Assembly (NCBI GenBank): GCA_051294375.1 | Contig: CM119265.1 | Span: 13,942,124-14,006,123, forward strand | DNA: 64,000 nt | Source of the DNA: Paraspadella gotoi | Taxonomy: Eukaryota > Animalia > Chaetognatha | Direction of reading: 5' to 3' | Shown here: positions 48,614 to 62,218 of the stretch, one piece after another | How positions within the stretch are numbered: position 1 is the first letter of the stretch | How the letters are laid out: each line of letters begins with the position of its first letter | Notes under the pieces: model-generated | The model's database searches: none | What the model was told of the DNA's origin: nothing | Seen by the model: the letters and a program-made list of their open reading frames with translations, nothing else | Program-made: the position numbers and the translations under genes

Positions 48614-51600
48614 ATGTTTGACAGTCCTAAATCGGACAATATCAAACTAGGTCACACAGAAGTATTGAAACTACTTTTTCAACGAATTGTCAAACTGTAT
48701 TTCGAAACAGACCGTTGCTCTGACGGTCTATCTCTGCTATTTGACAATCGCCAAGTAATCAACGAAAACTTGACCGTCATTCCAACGTTGGACGAAAGCG
48801 TTAGTACGCTCCATGTCGATGGTATGTTTATAATTAATATCGATTGAAACGTACGAGTTTTTAAACTCTTGATTATTTTCTCAGAATTCGTTCAAGTTTG
48901 CTTATCTCCGCGTCCGCTCCTTGGCACACTACACGTGCTTCAGACATTCGTCCCTAAACCCGTCTACGCTTGTTTCATCCGGGATCTTCTCGCCTTCGTC
49001 TCGAACGAAAAATCCTCTGTTCAGGGCCGCCATGATCACCTCGCCGCCGACGTCCGTCTCTCTCTCCTGCTTCACCTGGCTTCGCACGAGTGGCATTCGA
49101 AGCGACACTCGCACTCGCAGCAACATTTTGAAGAGGCGCGTCGGCTTTACGAGGAGTCAGCGTCGGACCTTGAGATCTCCGTGCATATCCTTTACTGTTT
49201 GCGATTGTTGGACCACCGAGAATTGAGTGGAGACACCACTATCGACGACCAGGAGCTTCTTGTTGCGTCTGAAACATTGCTCCGAGTCGCCGCGCCTTCG
49301 TCAGAACTCGCTCGAGATCCTTCGGTTTTCTTTTTGTGGCGTGAGGCCAATTTACGGCTTGCAACCATTCGGACCTCCGAGGCAGGTGACGACGCACTGA
49401 ATCGACTGGAAACTGTTGTTTCAGAGTCAGAGAAAGTTTTAGGCGAGTTCCATCCATTGACGGCGTGCTGCGTGGGGCGCTTGGCGGATTACCTTGTCGC
49501 GAGAAAAAGCTCTGGTCCCAAGAGAATAGAGGACCAGAATGTTGCCATTAAGTTGTATTTACGGGAACAGAAGATTTACGCAGGAATTCTGGACGAGTTG
49601 CAACAACCATTCGTTGACTTTGATCGACCGATGGCGTTGTCCAAGGCTAAAATGGCCTACAGCCAGGCATGTCTTAGGGATATAACGACGGCGTTTATTG
49701 GCGCCGAGGAAGCGTGCGCCCTGGCAGACTCTTTAACGGTAACTCCTCCAAGCGACCCTGACATTTTTCCGCTGCGACAATATGGACTCATGGGAAGTTC
49801 AAAAGTCTTGTCGCAAAAAATTTCTTCAAGTCCTGTTTGTGAAGTTGATGCTGGTAAAGGACAAAGAAAACGAGGATTTCGAAAAACTTAGTGAATGGCT
49901 TATCCCATCATTAAACCTGGTGCTGGGCGAGGGATTTGGTGAGGAGGCCGGGTTGACTGCAAGTTGCTCCGAATCACGACTCCTTGCCATTCGGCTTTTA
50001 ACCAAAGCCATTGTCTCTTTAGCATCCAAGTCAAAAGAACATTGATTTCAACCCAAAAGAGCTTCAGCGGAAATGCATTATCAGAGACTCTTTCTCTTCA
50101 TCCTGGTTTGCCATTTACAGGAACTTCTTATGTGTCCGAGGAAAAATTTAATGGAAATTTTAGCTCCGACGTCATCGACAACGTTTCCACTCAATCGCAA
50201 AAGGCTGCAATGGACGCCATCTTGGAAACGTTTAAGCTACATACTTCGAATCCTCTCGGATTGTGAAAGATGTTTCCGCATTCATTAACAGTTGGGTTGA
50301 ACTGAAGGTTTTTGACAAGTCACTAGCAACTCATTGGTTGGCAACTATGCCTATTCTCGCTCAAAACTGCTTAGATAAGGTGTTTGAGGATAAAATCAAC
50401 TCCTTCGCAGAGAGGTTAAAGTCTTCCTCACGTCCGCTCGTGATGAGAAGCGAGGAGAGCGAGCAGATCTACCAGGATCTGAAAGACTTGGGGATTGAAG
50501 CTGACTGGAGCGACGCTTTTGGCTTTCACTGGAGACGGCCCGCCGGTTTCACGTCCTTCGAGAAACGCTTCCTGACTAATTTTTTAGCAGGCGAAGATTT
50601 AGTCGGTATCGGTTGCTGCAGTGACGCGGAAATTCCGTCCTTTCTGCCGATGTTTACCATTTCTTCATGCAATCGAAAGTTCCCTTCCTTCTCTGCAGGG
50701 TGTCGTCTTAGTAGCCAACCAAGATCGCGCCAGGCAGTATCGTGGCGTTCTTGACGCGTTATCTTGCCCCATATGCTCACCTTTGCTTCCGAAGTCGTTT
50801 CTTCTCCGTTCTCTACCAGTCTAACTCCGAATCTTGCTCCTCTTCAACCGCCTCATCCGGTGGTGCCTCTCCGGCCAAGACTACGAACTTCTCTCGTCTT
50901 CCCGCCGATGTTTCGGCGACCTCCTTAGCAACCGAGTCTTCAAACTCTACGTTTCGTCACGATGTCCGTCTCTACAACTTCTTCGGAGTTTCGTTCAGCG
51001 TCTTCCACAGCCTCCCACGTAACAAAAAGTAACAAGGAAGCGTCGCCGCAGGTCATAATTGCCTTGCCTAGTGAAATACCTTTCTTGGAGTCGAGATTCC
51101 TTACATCCATAAGAATCCTTCTTTTGGATGAAATCCGTTGTCTCTGCGCTGAAAACTACTCTGACGAAAATAATGGTGGTTCTGCTGAAAATATCTCGCC
51201 ACGATTTTGCGGTTCGTCTCTGAGATCAACCACGATGCTCAATTGGTGGCTCTTGACAACTCCGACACTGACAGTCTCGACCTGGACGACGACGTCGCGA
51301 AATTCATTGCTTTGACCATGTTTCGACCACAAGTGTCGTTTCTTCCGCCAATGCCCTATAGCGTCGATCCTTTGCCATGGAAAACTTTGCGGCTTTTTCA
51401 TAACTTTACTGTGCCGCTACCCAGCTGGGGGAAAAGAGCGAACTGCCTGCGACGCTTAATATACCGGCTCAACTTTCATCGTGTGCTCGTTATCTCGCGA
51501 AACAGGGAGTCTGTGATACGGTTGCGCGAGGCTTTTCAGGCATCTAATGCCGGCGAAGAAGATAGTTTTTACCAAGCGGAGCGATCGTCTCAAACAAATC

Positions 51601-51965
51601 CCGACTCTCGGTTCACCTTCGTCTTTCTCCCATGAGGAATCCGACAGGGTTCAGCGTGAGGATCAGGTGACGACTTTCCTAACGTCTCCGATAGAAAGGG
51701 GCGTGATCATGGTTACATCCGAAATTGAGGTGGACATCGAGCAAACATTGATCAACTCGTGGATGTTAGGCTTGGTTCCTCTTATTGTGTTTTTTTGATC
51801 GATCTCAACCGGAGGTTATGAGGGAGGAAGATTTGAACGATGAAATTCGGTATTACCTGTTTGGATGGCCAAGTGCCCGTCATTTATTTTATCACTCATG
51901 ATAGTGCTGATATAGTGACAGAAGCGAATGGTGGAAACTTTTATGAGATCAATCTGGATTTTTAA
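48614..51965 (+). CDS. Unknown ~1000-aa protein: TPR-like repeats plus degenerate DEAD-box-like domains; indel-rich copy
   Basis: Consecutive ORFs; EKVLGEFHPLTACCVGRLA (kinesin-light-chain-type TPR). The C-terminal part is read intact in the copy at 62219-63970. Confidence 0.65.
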
Positions 51966-52944
51966 GTTTTAGAATTAATGAAAGGCGTTTTTCAAAAACA
52001 GTATTATACCATGATGGAAAGAAATTTTTTCGCGTGTTTGGAAAAGTCGGTTAATTTTATATTGTCAAATATTATTTTGGCCGGTAAATAGGTTTTAATA
52101 TATAGTATGACCTCCTTACGACTGAATAAAAAGATTATTTTTTTAAACAGCATAATATTATTTAATGCATACAGATACTTCCAAAAAAGGTTGTCTCTAA
52201 CTTTTTTCACCTCTTTTTGATCAAGAGGACTACTCATATTATTATTAATATTAATATCTAACATGATATTTTTTATCAGATTTTGAGGAAAAAATTGTCC
52301 TTGGCAAGCAGTAAAAAAGATTGATCCTTTATGAAGTAAACCAGGCTTAAGTTGTTGCTGCCTAATGGGATGATGCATTGTCTTTCATTTCAACAAAATC
52401 TTCGATTTTTTTTTTTTGGGATTTGTTTGATATTTGGTTCTAATATACATTCAGAGGTAAATAAAAATGATAACTTTGATCCCAGAAAGGTTACCCAGAG
52501 CCTTTTATTGATACTTTATAATATAAAAATAATATTCTGGAGCATCTACAGCATCAATGTATTTTTAATACCGCTCTTTTTTGGACATATGAATTAAGAT
52601 TCTTCCCTGAATCTATCCTAATGGAGATGATACAATAACCATTTTACATAAGACTGAGAAAAGGCAAGGGATTTTTAATAGTAACAGCTTATCTCAAAAA
52701 GTAATAAAAAAATCCGGAAATTAGTATAAATGAAAAGTGTAATTATGACATTTTCTTTTGCATGGAACTCTTTGTATTTTTTGTAGTACATAAATGAGAC
52801 ATAGCTCATATGAATCATAAAGGCCAAAGTTTCTCGATATCTAAATTTATTTTTCGATTCTTACATTCCATGGTATATCCTTTTTTCGTTGTTGTATAGA
52901 GATTACAAGGAATTTGAATTGTTACAACGATTTTATTATAAGTT

Positions 52945-52988
52945 GCAGACATGTTTCGACTCAGAGATTTTCGAGTCTTCATCAGCGC
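52945..52988 (-). ncRNA. Minimal type I hammerhead ribozyme (Penelope-type)
   Basis: GCG-CTGATGA-A-GACTC-gaaaatctct-GAGTC-GAAA-CATG-TC-TGC: full core, stem II, palindromic stem III (ACATGT), GUC site, 3-bp stem I. Confidence 0.75.
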
Positions 52989-53025
52989 TTTTGACAGTTG
53001 TGAATAATGGAACAATTTGTGAGTT

Positions 53026-53056
<31 letters not shown>

Positions 53057-54282
53057 AAGGAGGTTAAAGTTTCAACAAAGAATTGAGAGAGATTAGTGGT
53101 CAGTTCAGAGGACAGATTTAGTTTAGGCTAGATAGAATAAGTGGTGAAAAGAAATGAAATTTGGTGAAGGTGAGAGAGGAAGAGAGAGAGAAGAGAGAGA
53201 GAGAAATAAATAAGTAATTACATTTGAGCAATGTACAACAAAGATAAAGTTAAACAAACTGATTTGTGTCTAATAACAAAATTGCAATAAATTAATTTTG
53301 AAGTTTGAAAAATTGAAATGAATGAAATTTGAAATATAAGAGTTTAATTCAGAGGATAGATAAGTAAGATTTTAGTGAAATATAAGATGTATGAAAGAGC
53401 TCAAAATGAGCAAGCCCCCCAGTCTTATGAATGAAAGGCATGGCTGATGGTGCCGGGTCATTGGCGCGTCATAGGCTTACATTAAAATGCCAAAATAGCT
53501 GGAAGTAACCGCGACAATTTTTTTTCCATCATGGTAAGCTGCTCTCAGCTTTGTTAGTAATGAATACTAAGAGTAAAACCATTCTAGGAAGACAAAAAAT
53601 TGCTTTTTATGAATAAATATAATGTAAAATCAACGGTATCATTATTAGAAGTTTCATTTCACTTGTTTTAATATAACGAATATTTTTGTATAGAACCCAG
53701 AACAATGTTCCGATTTGTTACTTCTAAGACTTTTACATAATTTATTTTAATCTTTTGTTTAAATAATATTAATATTGGATATAAATATGATTAATTTTAT
53801 TAGATTGAGTTGCCGTTTTCTTGATATTTTTAAAAAATTGTACTTGAAATATAAAAAACTTACGAAATGTGATATTATGTATTTTAAGTAATAAATTAAT
53901 TTGAATCGGTTTGAAACTAAAAAAAATATCTCTACCTTGTTACACTTTTCCAGATGAGTCGTGCTCGGAATTGTGAAATATATGAAAAACCCTAATGGAA
54001 TTATATGAAATTGCGACGATGATTTTGAATGTTTTTTTTTTTTTTTCGGTATTGCCTAAAATGCTCCTGCGCCAACCAACTTTTTTTTTGTGTGTTCGAA
54101 ATATATGTGACGCAGGTTACAATTATGCAAAGACTTTTCTTAGACAAGTCGAGACCATTGGAGTGTGCATTCCCGCTTCCTAGTGGCCCCCGATTGGTTT
54201 GCAACGAGTGATTGTGATGGAAATGATATACTTTCAGAATTTGACCTCAGTCTTAAAGGGTTTCCTTATTCAAATAATATTA

Positions 54283-55765
54283 CAGAGTGTCTCAAGCGTA
54301 TTGTCACTTTACAAATGACTACAGAGAATCAGTACAGTAAATAAAAATGCATTTACTGTACTCGTGGGATCCAGAAGTTTTTACAGTCTTTATTATTAAA
54401 ATCAAACAATTATATTACATTTTATCAGCACTCAAAGCCAATGTCGAAAATACTTTTCGTCAGTTTTAAAATATTCAAATCTTTCCAACTATCTAAAATA
54501 TTTTACAGCTACTTAGTTAAATAATAATACGTCGCCTTGGTCACAGGCCCAGGTCACAGGCCTTTCCTGACAATATTCCCCATTGTCCTTCCTGATTTGA
54601 GAGGATTTGATTGGATTTAATTGAAAGATGTTACAGACATGCAGCTGGTTTGACAGAGCCAATTACATTGGCAATGCTTATGAATGCAGTTAGCTGGAAA
54701 ATAGTTTTAGCAGTAGAGTACTCAATGCATCCATGCATCATATGCTGAATCATAGGATACTAAATTTGTAGCGTTAATCAGTTTCCTGAATGTAAACTTA
54801 CTGAGCGTCTATAAAAACAAATATTCTTTATAAGCATTCTTTGAATCTTCTCTTCTAAAATCATTATCATCATCGTCAATCATTCCCAATTTACAAAATT
54901 CTTAGTAAATTGTACAAATAACATAGTGGCCTACTATAATTTTATCTTTTTTACATTGGTTGTACCAATTTCATAATATGCACAATTATATTTTTCACCA
55001 AAAGCAGGACTACTTTATAAATTTAATATCACCAAAATATTTTGATCGACGCTCCAAACAAATTTCCCTTCATTTGAAATTTGCATTGTGTCAACAAAAA
55101 TACAAATAAACTTGATATTATAGATACCAAAACTGTATGAACTAATATTTTATCAAAAAAACTGTATGAACTAATATTTTATCAAATTGATAATCTACCT
55201 TACCAATATGACACAGCGTTCAATCTTATTTTTGTTGACACAATGCAAATTTCAAATGAAGGGAAATTTTGTTTGGAGCGTCGATCAAAATATTTTGGTG
55301 ATATTAANNNNNNNNNNTTTGTTTGGAGCGTCGATCAAAAAATTTTGGTGATATTAAATTTATAAAGTAGTCCTGCTTTTGNNNNNNNNNNNNNNNNNNN
55401 NNNNNNATTCTTAGTAAAATTGTACAATAAACATAGTGGCCTACTATAATTTTATCTTTTTTACATTGGTTGTACCAATTCATAATAGCACAATTATATT
55501 TTTCACCAAAAAGCAGGACTACTTTATAAATTTAATATCACCAAATAATTTTTTGATCGACGCTCCAAACAAATTTTCCCTTCATTTGAAATTGCATTGT
55601 GTCAAACAAAAATACAAATAAACTTGATATTATAGATACCAAAACTGTATGAACTAATATTTTATCAAAAAATTGTATGAACTAATATTTATCAAATTGA
55701 TAATCTACCTTACCAATATGACACAGCGTTCATTTGTAAAGTGACAGTACGCTTGAGACACTCTG
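54283..55765. mobile_element. Tc1/mariner-type non-autonomous element; interior disturbed by gaps and fold-backs
   Basis: TIRs CAGAGTGTCTCAAGCGTA / TACGCTTGAGACACTCTG with TA flanks; same end at 42614-42643. Confidence 0.8.
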
Positions 55766-56310
55766 TATATACGGTTATGATTAATACTTTGTTGTGGTAG
55801 ATGGTAGTGGCTATATCATTTTTTGAGTACTTTCCTTAAGTTACATCATTTCTATATTTTACAGTTGCTTGACTGAGTTGACCTCTTCTTGACTTGAGTC
55901 CGCGTGTTGCGTATAATATATGTAAGAAACGAAAATCAATGGCGATGTTTGAATCCTTTATTTTGCTTTGAACACTCTGAAATCTGATTTTTTATAATGT
56001 ACATTATATACAGTATAATAAGTTTACTAGATTTGCAGAAATCTAGATTGCCTTTAGGTAAACTATTTTTTTAAAAACCTAGAACTTCCTTGATCAACTA
56101 GGTATTATACCCAAAGGGCTGAAAGGGTTAAGACTGAAAATTCACATAAAGTCTAGCCCATCCAAAATTTGAAACAAAAAAAACAAACTTTGTTTCTTGA
56201 TGGAGAAGCTTCTTATTGCACCAGTGGCGACTTCTTGTTTTTTTTATTTGAGTGAAGCAAAATTTGTCAATTCCATATCTTTGGATATTGAAGTTGGAAC
56301 TGAACGAGTG
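55736..56310 (+). repeat. Inverted redundant copy of ~42070-42643 (CERK-like 5' region)
   Basis: Direct reverse-complement match with small indels. Confidence 0.9.
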
Positions 56311-57879
56311 CGACTGTCAGCCCTCGACCCGAATAGCTTTTTGACATCACAACTCCAAATCCGACAACATGCGAAGAATCACATAACACATCATGCCGTG
56401 CTCGCGACGCCTCAATTCTCGAGAATAAGTGTTGGCTACTAACTTCTACACCCTGTGAAAACAGGCGAGATTACTACTCTCATATCAATCCACGCAGAGA
56501 CCCCTGCAACCAACAGGTGAAAGAACCCCACCGGGATTTTTGGTTATTTTTCGTCAAGTATGCAAGGCTTCAGGAATCGCACCAGCAGTAGTTTCAAGTC
56601 GCAGATGACATAACGGATTTCATCCAAAAGAAGGACGTACTTGCTTCATGGGATGTATGAGTCGGTGAATCTCCGACTCTCAAGAAAGGTGTTATTTCCA
56701 CTAGCATATGGGCGCGGCAATTATGACCTGCGCGCATCGTGACTTTCTCACGAAAACAACCCTTTCGAAAATGTGTACTCTTTTTGGGCTCTTAGCTTCT
56801 GTAGGATCCTCGAGAGCCGGGCTGTGCTGTTTGGGCAATATAGGACCTGGAAGTTTAGCCACGACGCTTTACTATCCACACGAAGACTTTCGAATATGAG
56901 CAGAGGTTGGTTATACCAGACTGAGTTATAACAGGAACGCACTTAAGACATTCGTTGCGCGAGAACGCTGAAGTGATGTCAGAGAATATATATCTCGATG
57001 AGTGTATCGATAAAGGCTATATGGTCCGTCGAACAGATCGGCGGCGATGGACACGATTGATAGCCTCTCGCGACTTTACGTGACTTCGGCGGAGACGGCA
57101 CCACCGATGCAGTGCGCTGGATCTGCAGGACACGGAGGTCGGAAGTATGCGAGGAAATCACGCGCCGTCACGACCTGGTATTTTGCGAGAACTGGAGAAG
57201 TAATCTACCGGGACCGGTAATCAGAGACTAATATTCCGCAAAGTCAAACTATAGAAGTGAGAGATCTGAGAAGATATTACTGGCGGAGACCGGTAATTCT
57301 GTAGACGTTCCCGTCGAAATATCATCGCGCGACGCAGAGAATCACACGCGTCGAACAGTTGAACTGAATCTCGTGTCTACATCTGTAACATGCTACTCAC
57401 TTCGAGGTTGGTACAGTCCTCTGATCCTCACGACACACGTGCTCTGCACATAAGTGATCATGGACAGCGGAAGCTGTGTCGATGCATGTCACTGAAGGAA
57501 AGTTGACTGTAATCACTCTCACTTTGGCACTAGTCCATGAAGTTGATACGCTACCCACAGTGCTACAATCACATAGTGTTATTAACGTCACAGAATATAC
57601 CTCTACGTTCACATATATGCTTCCACGCCGTGTGCTAAAGATATATTATACGCTCACTCTCTCGAGAGAGCGCAACGATAGAGAAATACGGGCAGGGCCG
57701 TCTCGACATTATGCTTCTGGACACTCTTACCACCAATTAATATAATAGCGTCGCATCCATGTCATGCTTTACGCTACCACCTCCGAACGTTGGGGTGCTT
57801 TCACGGCATGAACACTCCGGTTCCTTCACAGCAATCTGGCTCCTGCGTCTACACTACTGTCTTACATGCCGACAAAACG

Positions 57880-59720
57880 AGGCGGACGTGAGGAAGACTT
57901 TAACCTCTCTGCGAAGGAGTTGATTTTATCCTCAAACACCTTATCTAAGCAGTTTTGAAGCGGAGTAAGAGCATAGTTGCCAACCAATGAGTTGCTAGTG
58001 ACTTGTCAAAAACCTTCAGTTCAACCCAACTGTTAATGAATGCGGAAACATCTTTCACAATCCGAGAAGGATTCGAAGTATGTAGCTTAAACGTTTCCAA
58101 GATGGCGTCCATTGCAGCCTTTTGCGATTGAGTGGAAACGTTGTCGATGACGCGTCGGAGCTAAAATTTCCATTAAATTTTTCCTCGGACACATAAGAAG
58201 TTCCCTGTAAATGGCAAACCAGGATGAAGAGAAAGAGTCTCTGATAATGCATTTCCGCTGAAGCTCTTTTGGGTTGAAATCAATGTCTTTTGACTTGGAT
58301 GCTAAAGAGACAATGCTTTGGTTAAAAGCCGAATATGCAAGGAGTCGTGATTCGGAGCAACTTGCAGTCACCCGGCCTCCTCACCAAATCCCTCGCCAGC
58401 ACCAGGTTTAATGATGGGATAAGCCATTCACTAAGTGTTTCGAAATCCTCGTTTTCTTTGTCCTTTACCAGCATCAACTTCACAAACAGGACTTGAAGAA
58501 ATTTTTTGCGACAAGACTTTTAACTCCCATGAGTCCATATTGTCGCAGCGGAAAATTGTCAGGTCGCTTGGAGGAGTTACCGTTAAAGAGTCTGCCAGGG
58601 CGCACGCTTCCTCGGCGCCAATAAACGCCGTCGTTATATCCCTAAGACATGCCTGGCTGTAGGCCATTTTAGCCTTGGACAACGCCATCGGTCGATCAAA
58701 GTCAACGAATGGTTGTTGCAACTCGTCCAGAATTCTCGCGTAAATCTTCTGTTCCCGTAAATACAACTTAATGGCAACATTCTGGTCCTCTATTCTCTTG
58801 GGACCAGAGCTTTTTCTCGCGACAAGGTAATCCGCAAGCGCCCCACGCAGCACGCCGTCAATGGATGGAACTCCGCCTAAAACTTTCTCTGACTCTGAAA
58901 CAACAGTTTCCAGTCGATTCAGTGCGTCGTCACCTGCCTCGGAGGTCCGAATGGTTGCAAGCCGTAAATTGGCCTCACGCCACAAAAAGAAAACCGAAGG
59001 ATCTCGAGCGAGTTCTGACGAAGGCGCGGCGACTCGGAGCAATGTTTCAGACGCAAACAAGAAGCTCCTGGTCGTCGATAGTGGTGTCTCCACTCAATTC
59101 TCGGTGGTCCAACATCGCAAACAGTAAAGGATATGCACGGAGATCTCAAGGTCCGACGCCGACTCCTCGTAAAGCCGACGCGCCTCTTCAAAATGTTGCT
59201 GCGAGTGCGAGTGTCGCTTCGAATGCCACTCGTGCGAAGCAAGGTGAAGCAGGAGAGAGAGACGGACGTCGGCCGGCGAGGTGATCATGGCGGCCCTGAA
59301 CAGAGGATTTTTCGTTCGAGACGAAGGCGAGAAGATCCCGGATGAAACAAGCGTAGACGGGTTTAGGACGAATGTCTGAAGCACGTGTAGTGTGCCAAGG
59401 AGGGACGCGGAGATAAGCAAACTTGAACGAATTCTGAGAAAATAATCAAGAGTTTGAACTTGTACTTTCAATCGATATTAATTATAAACATACCATCGAC
59501 ATGGAGCTACTAACGCTTTCTCCAACGTTGGAATGACGGTCAAGTTTTCGTTGATTACTTGGCGATTGTCAAATAGCAGAGATAGACCGTCAGAGCAACG
59601 GTCTGTTTCGAAATACAGTTTGACAATTCGCTTGAAAAAGTAGTTTCAATACTTCTGTGTGACCTAGTTTGATATTGTCCGATTTAGGACTGTCAAACAT
59701 TATTTGAGTTCACAGGGTAC
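57880..59720 (-). repeat. Inverted indel-rich copy of ~48590-50435 (unknown TPR gene)
   Basis: ORFs 58431-59093 and 59094-59471 reproduce peptides of 48869-49891. Confidence 0.9.
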
Positions 59721-62218
59721 TAGTCATCCTACATATTTGTAAATTGGGAATGATTGACGATGATGATAATGATTTTAGAAGAGAAGATTCAAAGAATGCT
59801 TATAAAGAATATTTGTTTTTATAGACGCTCAGTAAGTTTACATTCAGGAAACTGATTAACGCTACAAATTTAGTATCCTATGATTCAGCATATGATGCAT
59901 GGATGCATTGAGTACTCTACTGCTAAAACTATTTTCCAGCTAACTGCAGTTCATAAGCATTGCCAATGTAATTGGCTCTGTCAAACCAGCTGCATGTCTG
60001 TAACAATCTTTCAATTAAATCCAATCAAATCCTCTCAAATCAGGAAGGACAATGGGGAAAATATGTCAGGAAAGGCCTGTGACCTGGGGCCTGTGACCAA
60101 GGCGACGTATTATTATTTAACTAAGTAGCTGTAAAAAATATTTTAGATAGTTGGAAAGATTTGAATATTTTAAAACTGACGAAAAGTATTTTCGACATTG
60201 GCTTTGAGTGCTGATAAAATGTAATATAATTGTTTGATTTTAATAATAAAGACTGTAAAAACTTCTGGATCCCACGAGTACAGTAAATGCATTTTTTATT
60301 ACTGTANNNNNNNNNNNNNNNNNNNNNNNNNNNNNNNNNNNNNNNNNNNNNNNNNNNNNNNNNNNNNNNNNNNNNNNNNNNNNNNNNNNNNNNNNNNNNN
60401 NNNNNNNNNNNNNNNNNNNNNNNNNNNNNNNNNNNNNNNNNNNNNNNNNNNNNNNNNNNNNNNNNNNNNNNNNNNNNNNNNNNNNNNNNNNNNNNNNNNN
60501 NNNNNNNNNNNNNNNNNNNNNNNNNNNNNNNNNNNNNNNNNNNNNNNNNNNNNNNNNNNNNNNNNNNNNNNNNNNAAGTATATCATTTCCATCACAATCA
60601 CTCGTTGCAAACCAATCGGGGGCCACTAGGAAGCGGGAATGCACACTCCAATGGTCTCGACTTGTCTAAGAAAAGTCTTTGCATAATTGTAACCTGCGTC
60701 ACATATATTTCGAACACACAAAAAAAAGAGTTGGTTGGCGCAGGAGCATTTTAGGCAATACCGAAAAAAAAAAAAAACATTCAAAATCATCGTCGCAATT
60801 TCATATAATTCCATTAGGGTTTTTTCATATATTTCACAATTCCGAGCACGACTCATCTGGAAAAGTGTAACAAGGTAGAGATATTTTTTTTAGTTTCAAA
60901 CCGATTCAAATTAATTTATTACTTAAAATACATAATATCACATTTCGTAAGTTTTTTATATTTCAAGTACAATTTTTTAAAAATATCAAGAAAACGGCAA
61001 CTCAATCTAATAAAATTAATCATATTTATATCCAATATTAATATTATTTAAACAAAAGATTAAATAAAATTATGTAAAAGTCTTAGAAGTAACAAATCGG
61101 AACATTGTTCTGGGTTCTATACAAAAATATTCGTTATATTAAAACAAGTGAAATGAAACTTCTAATAATGATACCGTTGATTTTACATTATATTTATTCA
61201 TAAAAAGCAATTTTTTGTCTTCCTAGAATGGTTTTACTCTTAGTATTCATTACTAACAAAGCTGAGAGCAGCTTACCATGATGGAAAAAAAATTGTCGCG
61301 GTTACTTTCCAGCTATTTTTTCGGACATTTTAATGTAAGGAATCGAAAAATAAAATTTAGATATCGAGAAACTTTGGCCTTTTATGATTCATATGAGCTA
61401 TGTCTCATTTATGTACTACAAAAAATACAAGAGTTCCATGCAAAAGAAAATGTCATAATTACACTTTTCATTTATACTAATTTCCGGATTTTTTTATTAC
61501 TTTTTGAGATAAGCTGTTACTATTAAAAATCCCTGCCTTTTCTCAGTCTTATGTAAAATGGTTATTGTATCATCTCCATTAGGATAGATTCAGGGAAGAA
61601 TCTTAATTCATATGTCCAAAAAAGAGCGGTATTAAAAATACATTGATGCTGTAGATGCTCCAGAATATTATTTTTATATTATAAAGTATCAATAAAAGGC
61701 TCTGGGTAACCTTTCTGGGATCAAAGTTATCATTTTTATTTTTATTAGAACCAAATATCAAACAAATCCCAAAAAAAAAATCGAAGATTTTGTTGAAATG
61801 AAAGACAATGCATCATCCCATTAGGCAGCAACAACTTAAGCCTGGTTTACTTCATAAAGGATCAATCTTTTTTACTGCTTGCCAAGGACAATTTTTTCCT
61901 CAAAATCTGATAAAAAATATCATGTTAGATATATAATATTAATAATAATATGAGTAGTCCTCTTGATCAAAAAGAGGTGAAAAAAGTTAGAGACAACCTT
62001 TTTTGGAAGTATCTGTATGCATTAAATAATATTATGCTGTTAAAAAAATAATCTTTTTATTCAGTCGTAAGGAGGTCATACTATATATTAAAACCTATTT
62101 ACCGGCCAAAAAATAATTTTGACAATAAAATTAACCGACTTTTCCAAACCGCGAAAAAATTTCTTTCCATCATGGTATAATACTGTTTTTGAAAAACGCC
62201 TTTCATTAATTCTAAAAC

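Noticed and set aside
42669-51965. Cluster of pseudogenes or programmed frameshifts
   Set aside because: Indels hit every gene in the block, often at homopolymers, and the duplicate at 62219-63970 is intact; this fits unpolished long-read error.
54900-55730. Nested direct and inverted repeats as a biological structure
   Set aside because: Copies abut two N-gaps and duplicate the same element interior; gap-filling artefact.
56310-57880. Novel unique sequence with short ORFs
   Set aside because: Contains garbled traces of the neighbouring gene (~56670-56735 resembles 63083-63135) and sits at a fold-back junction; probably a noisy read segment.
60234-60754. ORFs of 100-155 aa
   Set aside because: Open only because they span the N-gap.
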